A DNA stretch of 24,974 bases, from the IMG/VR virus record IMGVR_UViG_3300012942_000128, positions 1-24,974 of that record. One strand, 5' to 3'. This document shows positions 24,220 through 24,974 of the stretch, piece after piece; within the stretch, counting starts at the first letter, position 1; each line of letters starts with the position of its first letter. Under the pieces are notes generated by a model. It was not told the DNA's origin, did no database searches, and saw only the letters and a program-made list of their open reading frames with translations. The translations under genes were made by a program, and so were the position numbers. This DNA comes from a virus (lineage: Duplodnaviria; Caudoviricetes).

Positions 24220-24636
24220 TTAGAGGCGTTTGTTGATGGATTCGAGACCGATCTGACGGTCTTTGAGCGCCTGCTGCATCTCTTCCGCGTACCGCAGTTG
24301 CTCTTTCGCGAGGTTCACGTCCAGAAGCTCCTGCGTGGTCTTCGCGATCGCGTACTGGCGTGCAAGCACCGCACCCGACTTCGCGTGCATGACCATGAAG
24401 TCGGCGAACGCTTTCTGGTACGCCTCCTCCGCGCGGTGCCGTTTCTCGTACAGGAACGTGATGACCCGGCCGACGTGCGCGGACAGTTGGGTGGCGTCGT
24501 CGATCATCGACGCGACCTCGCCAGGGCCGAGAGGGTTGCCGTACAGGCCGGGCGGGACGTTCAGCATGGCGTCGACTTCGGCTTGCGCGGCGGGTTCGAT
24601 CAGTTCACCGGTGGATCTGTTGACGATGTCGGTCAC
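24220..24636 (-). CDS. Helical/coiled-coil hypothetical protein
   Basis: GTG at 24636 overlaps the upstream stop (GTGA); VNRSTGEL N-terminus. Confidence 0.65.
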   Translation of the reverse strand: MTDIVNRSTGELIEPAAQAEVDAMLNVPPGLYGNPLGPGEVASMIDDATQLSAHVGRVITFLYEKRHRAEEAYQKAFADFMVMHAKSGAVLARQYAIAKTTQELLDVNLAKEQLRYAEEMQQALKDRQIGLESINKRL

Positions 24637-24974
24637 GCTTCGACCAACCGTCCGCCACGCAGCGTGTAGAACGTGTCCGCCTTGACGGCCTCCCCGTCGA
24701 CCAGCACGGCTTGCACGCCGAGGATCCGCCAGTTGTCGTCCCGTTCCGTGAGCACAAGCCAGCAACCGACCGCACCCTTCGCGGCACCCTGACCGAGCAC
24801 GGCTGCGATCGATCCTTCATCAGCGACGGATGCCCGAACGTGCGCGTAGTACCCGGTCGTCGCAGCGTTCGCGTAGCGCCCGGTCGTCGCAGCGTTCGCG
24901 GAGTCCCCGGTCGTCGCCGCGTGCGCGTAGTCCCCGGTCGTCGCAGCGTTCGCGTAGCGCCCGGTCGTCGCCGC
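24633..24974 (-). CDS. C-terminal part of a 9-aa-repeat protein, 5' end outside the window
   Basis: Translated by hand: AATTGRYAN AATTGDYAH AATTGDSAN AATTGRYAN AATTGYYAH ...GCWLVLTE...VDGEAVKADTFYTLRGGRLVEA*. Confidence 0.8.
   Translation of the reverse strand, partial: AATTGRYANAATTGDYAHAATTGDSANAATTGRYANAATTGYYAHVRASVADEGSIAAVLGQGAAKGAVGCWLVLTERDDNWRILGVQAVLVDGEAVKADTFYTLRGGRLVEA
24843..24974. repeat. 27-bp coding tandem repeat, about 5 copies visible
   Basis: Unit approximately CGCGTAGxxCCCGGTCGTCGCAGCGTT, no spacers. Confidence 0.9.

Noticed and set aside
24843-24974. Possible CRISPR array
   Set aside because: Units are contiguous with no unique spacers, the length is a multiple of 3, and they encode a 9-aa repeat.

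Overview
This GC-rich window is a contiguous piece of a tailed dsDNA (siphovirus-like) phage or prophage. An actinobacterial host is inferred from composition and gene types. Almost all genes are on the minus strand, tightly coupled by ATGA/TGATG overlaps. In transcription order (right to left): (i) early/replication genes (9-aa-repeat protein, DUF2303 pair, RusA, NUMOD4-HNH, SNF2 helicase-DNA methyltransferase fusion, C5 methyltransferase, HNH, replication initiator with internal iteron-like repeats, J-domain, ASCH, small Cys/His proteins); (ii) a possible late regulator followed by a hairpin-rich region with one near-complete tRNA-Asn, two aberrant tRNA-like elements and an HNH gene; (iii) a papain-like protease, small and large terminase, a 1074-aa portal-NUDIX-MuF fusion, a PLD nuclease, HNH-AP2, a permuted NlpC/P60 amidase, tiny Cys-rich and very basic peptides, an XkdF-like protease and a scaffold-like protein. 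The best candidates for new biology are the enzyme-loaded head module, possibly a Lys-cleaved polyprotein that packages a NUDIX enzyme, and the cluster of non-canonical tRNA-like and structured RNAs. All product calls come from motif recognition by eye; no database searches were run.
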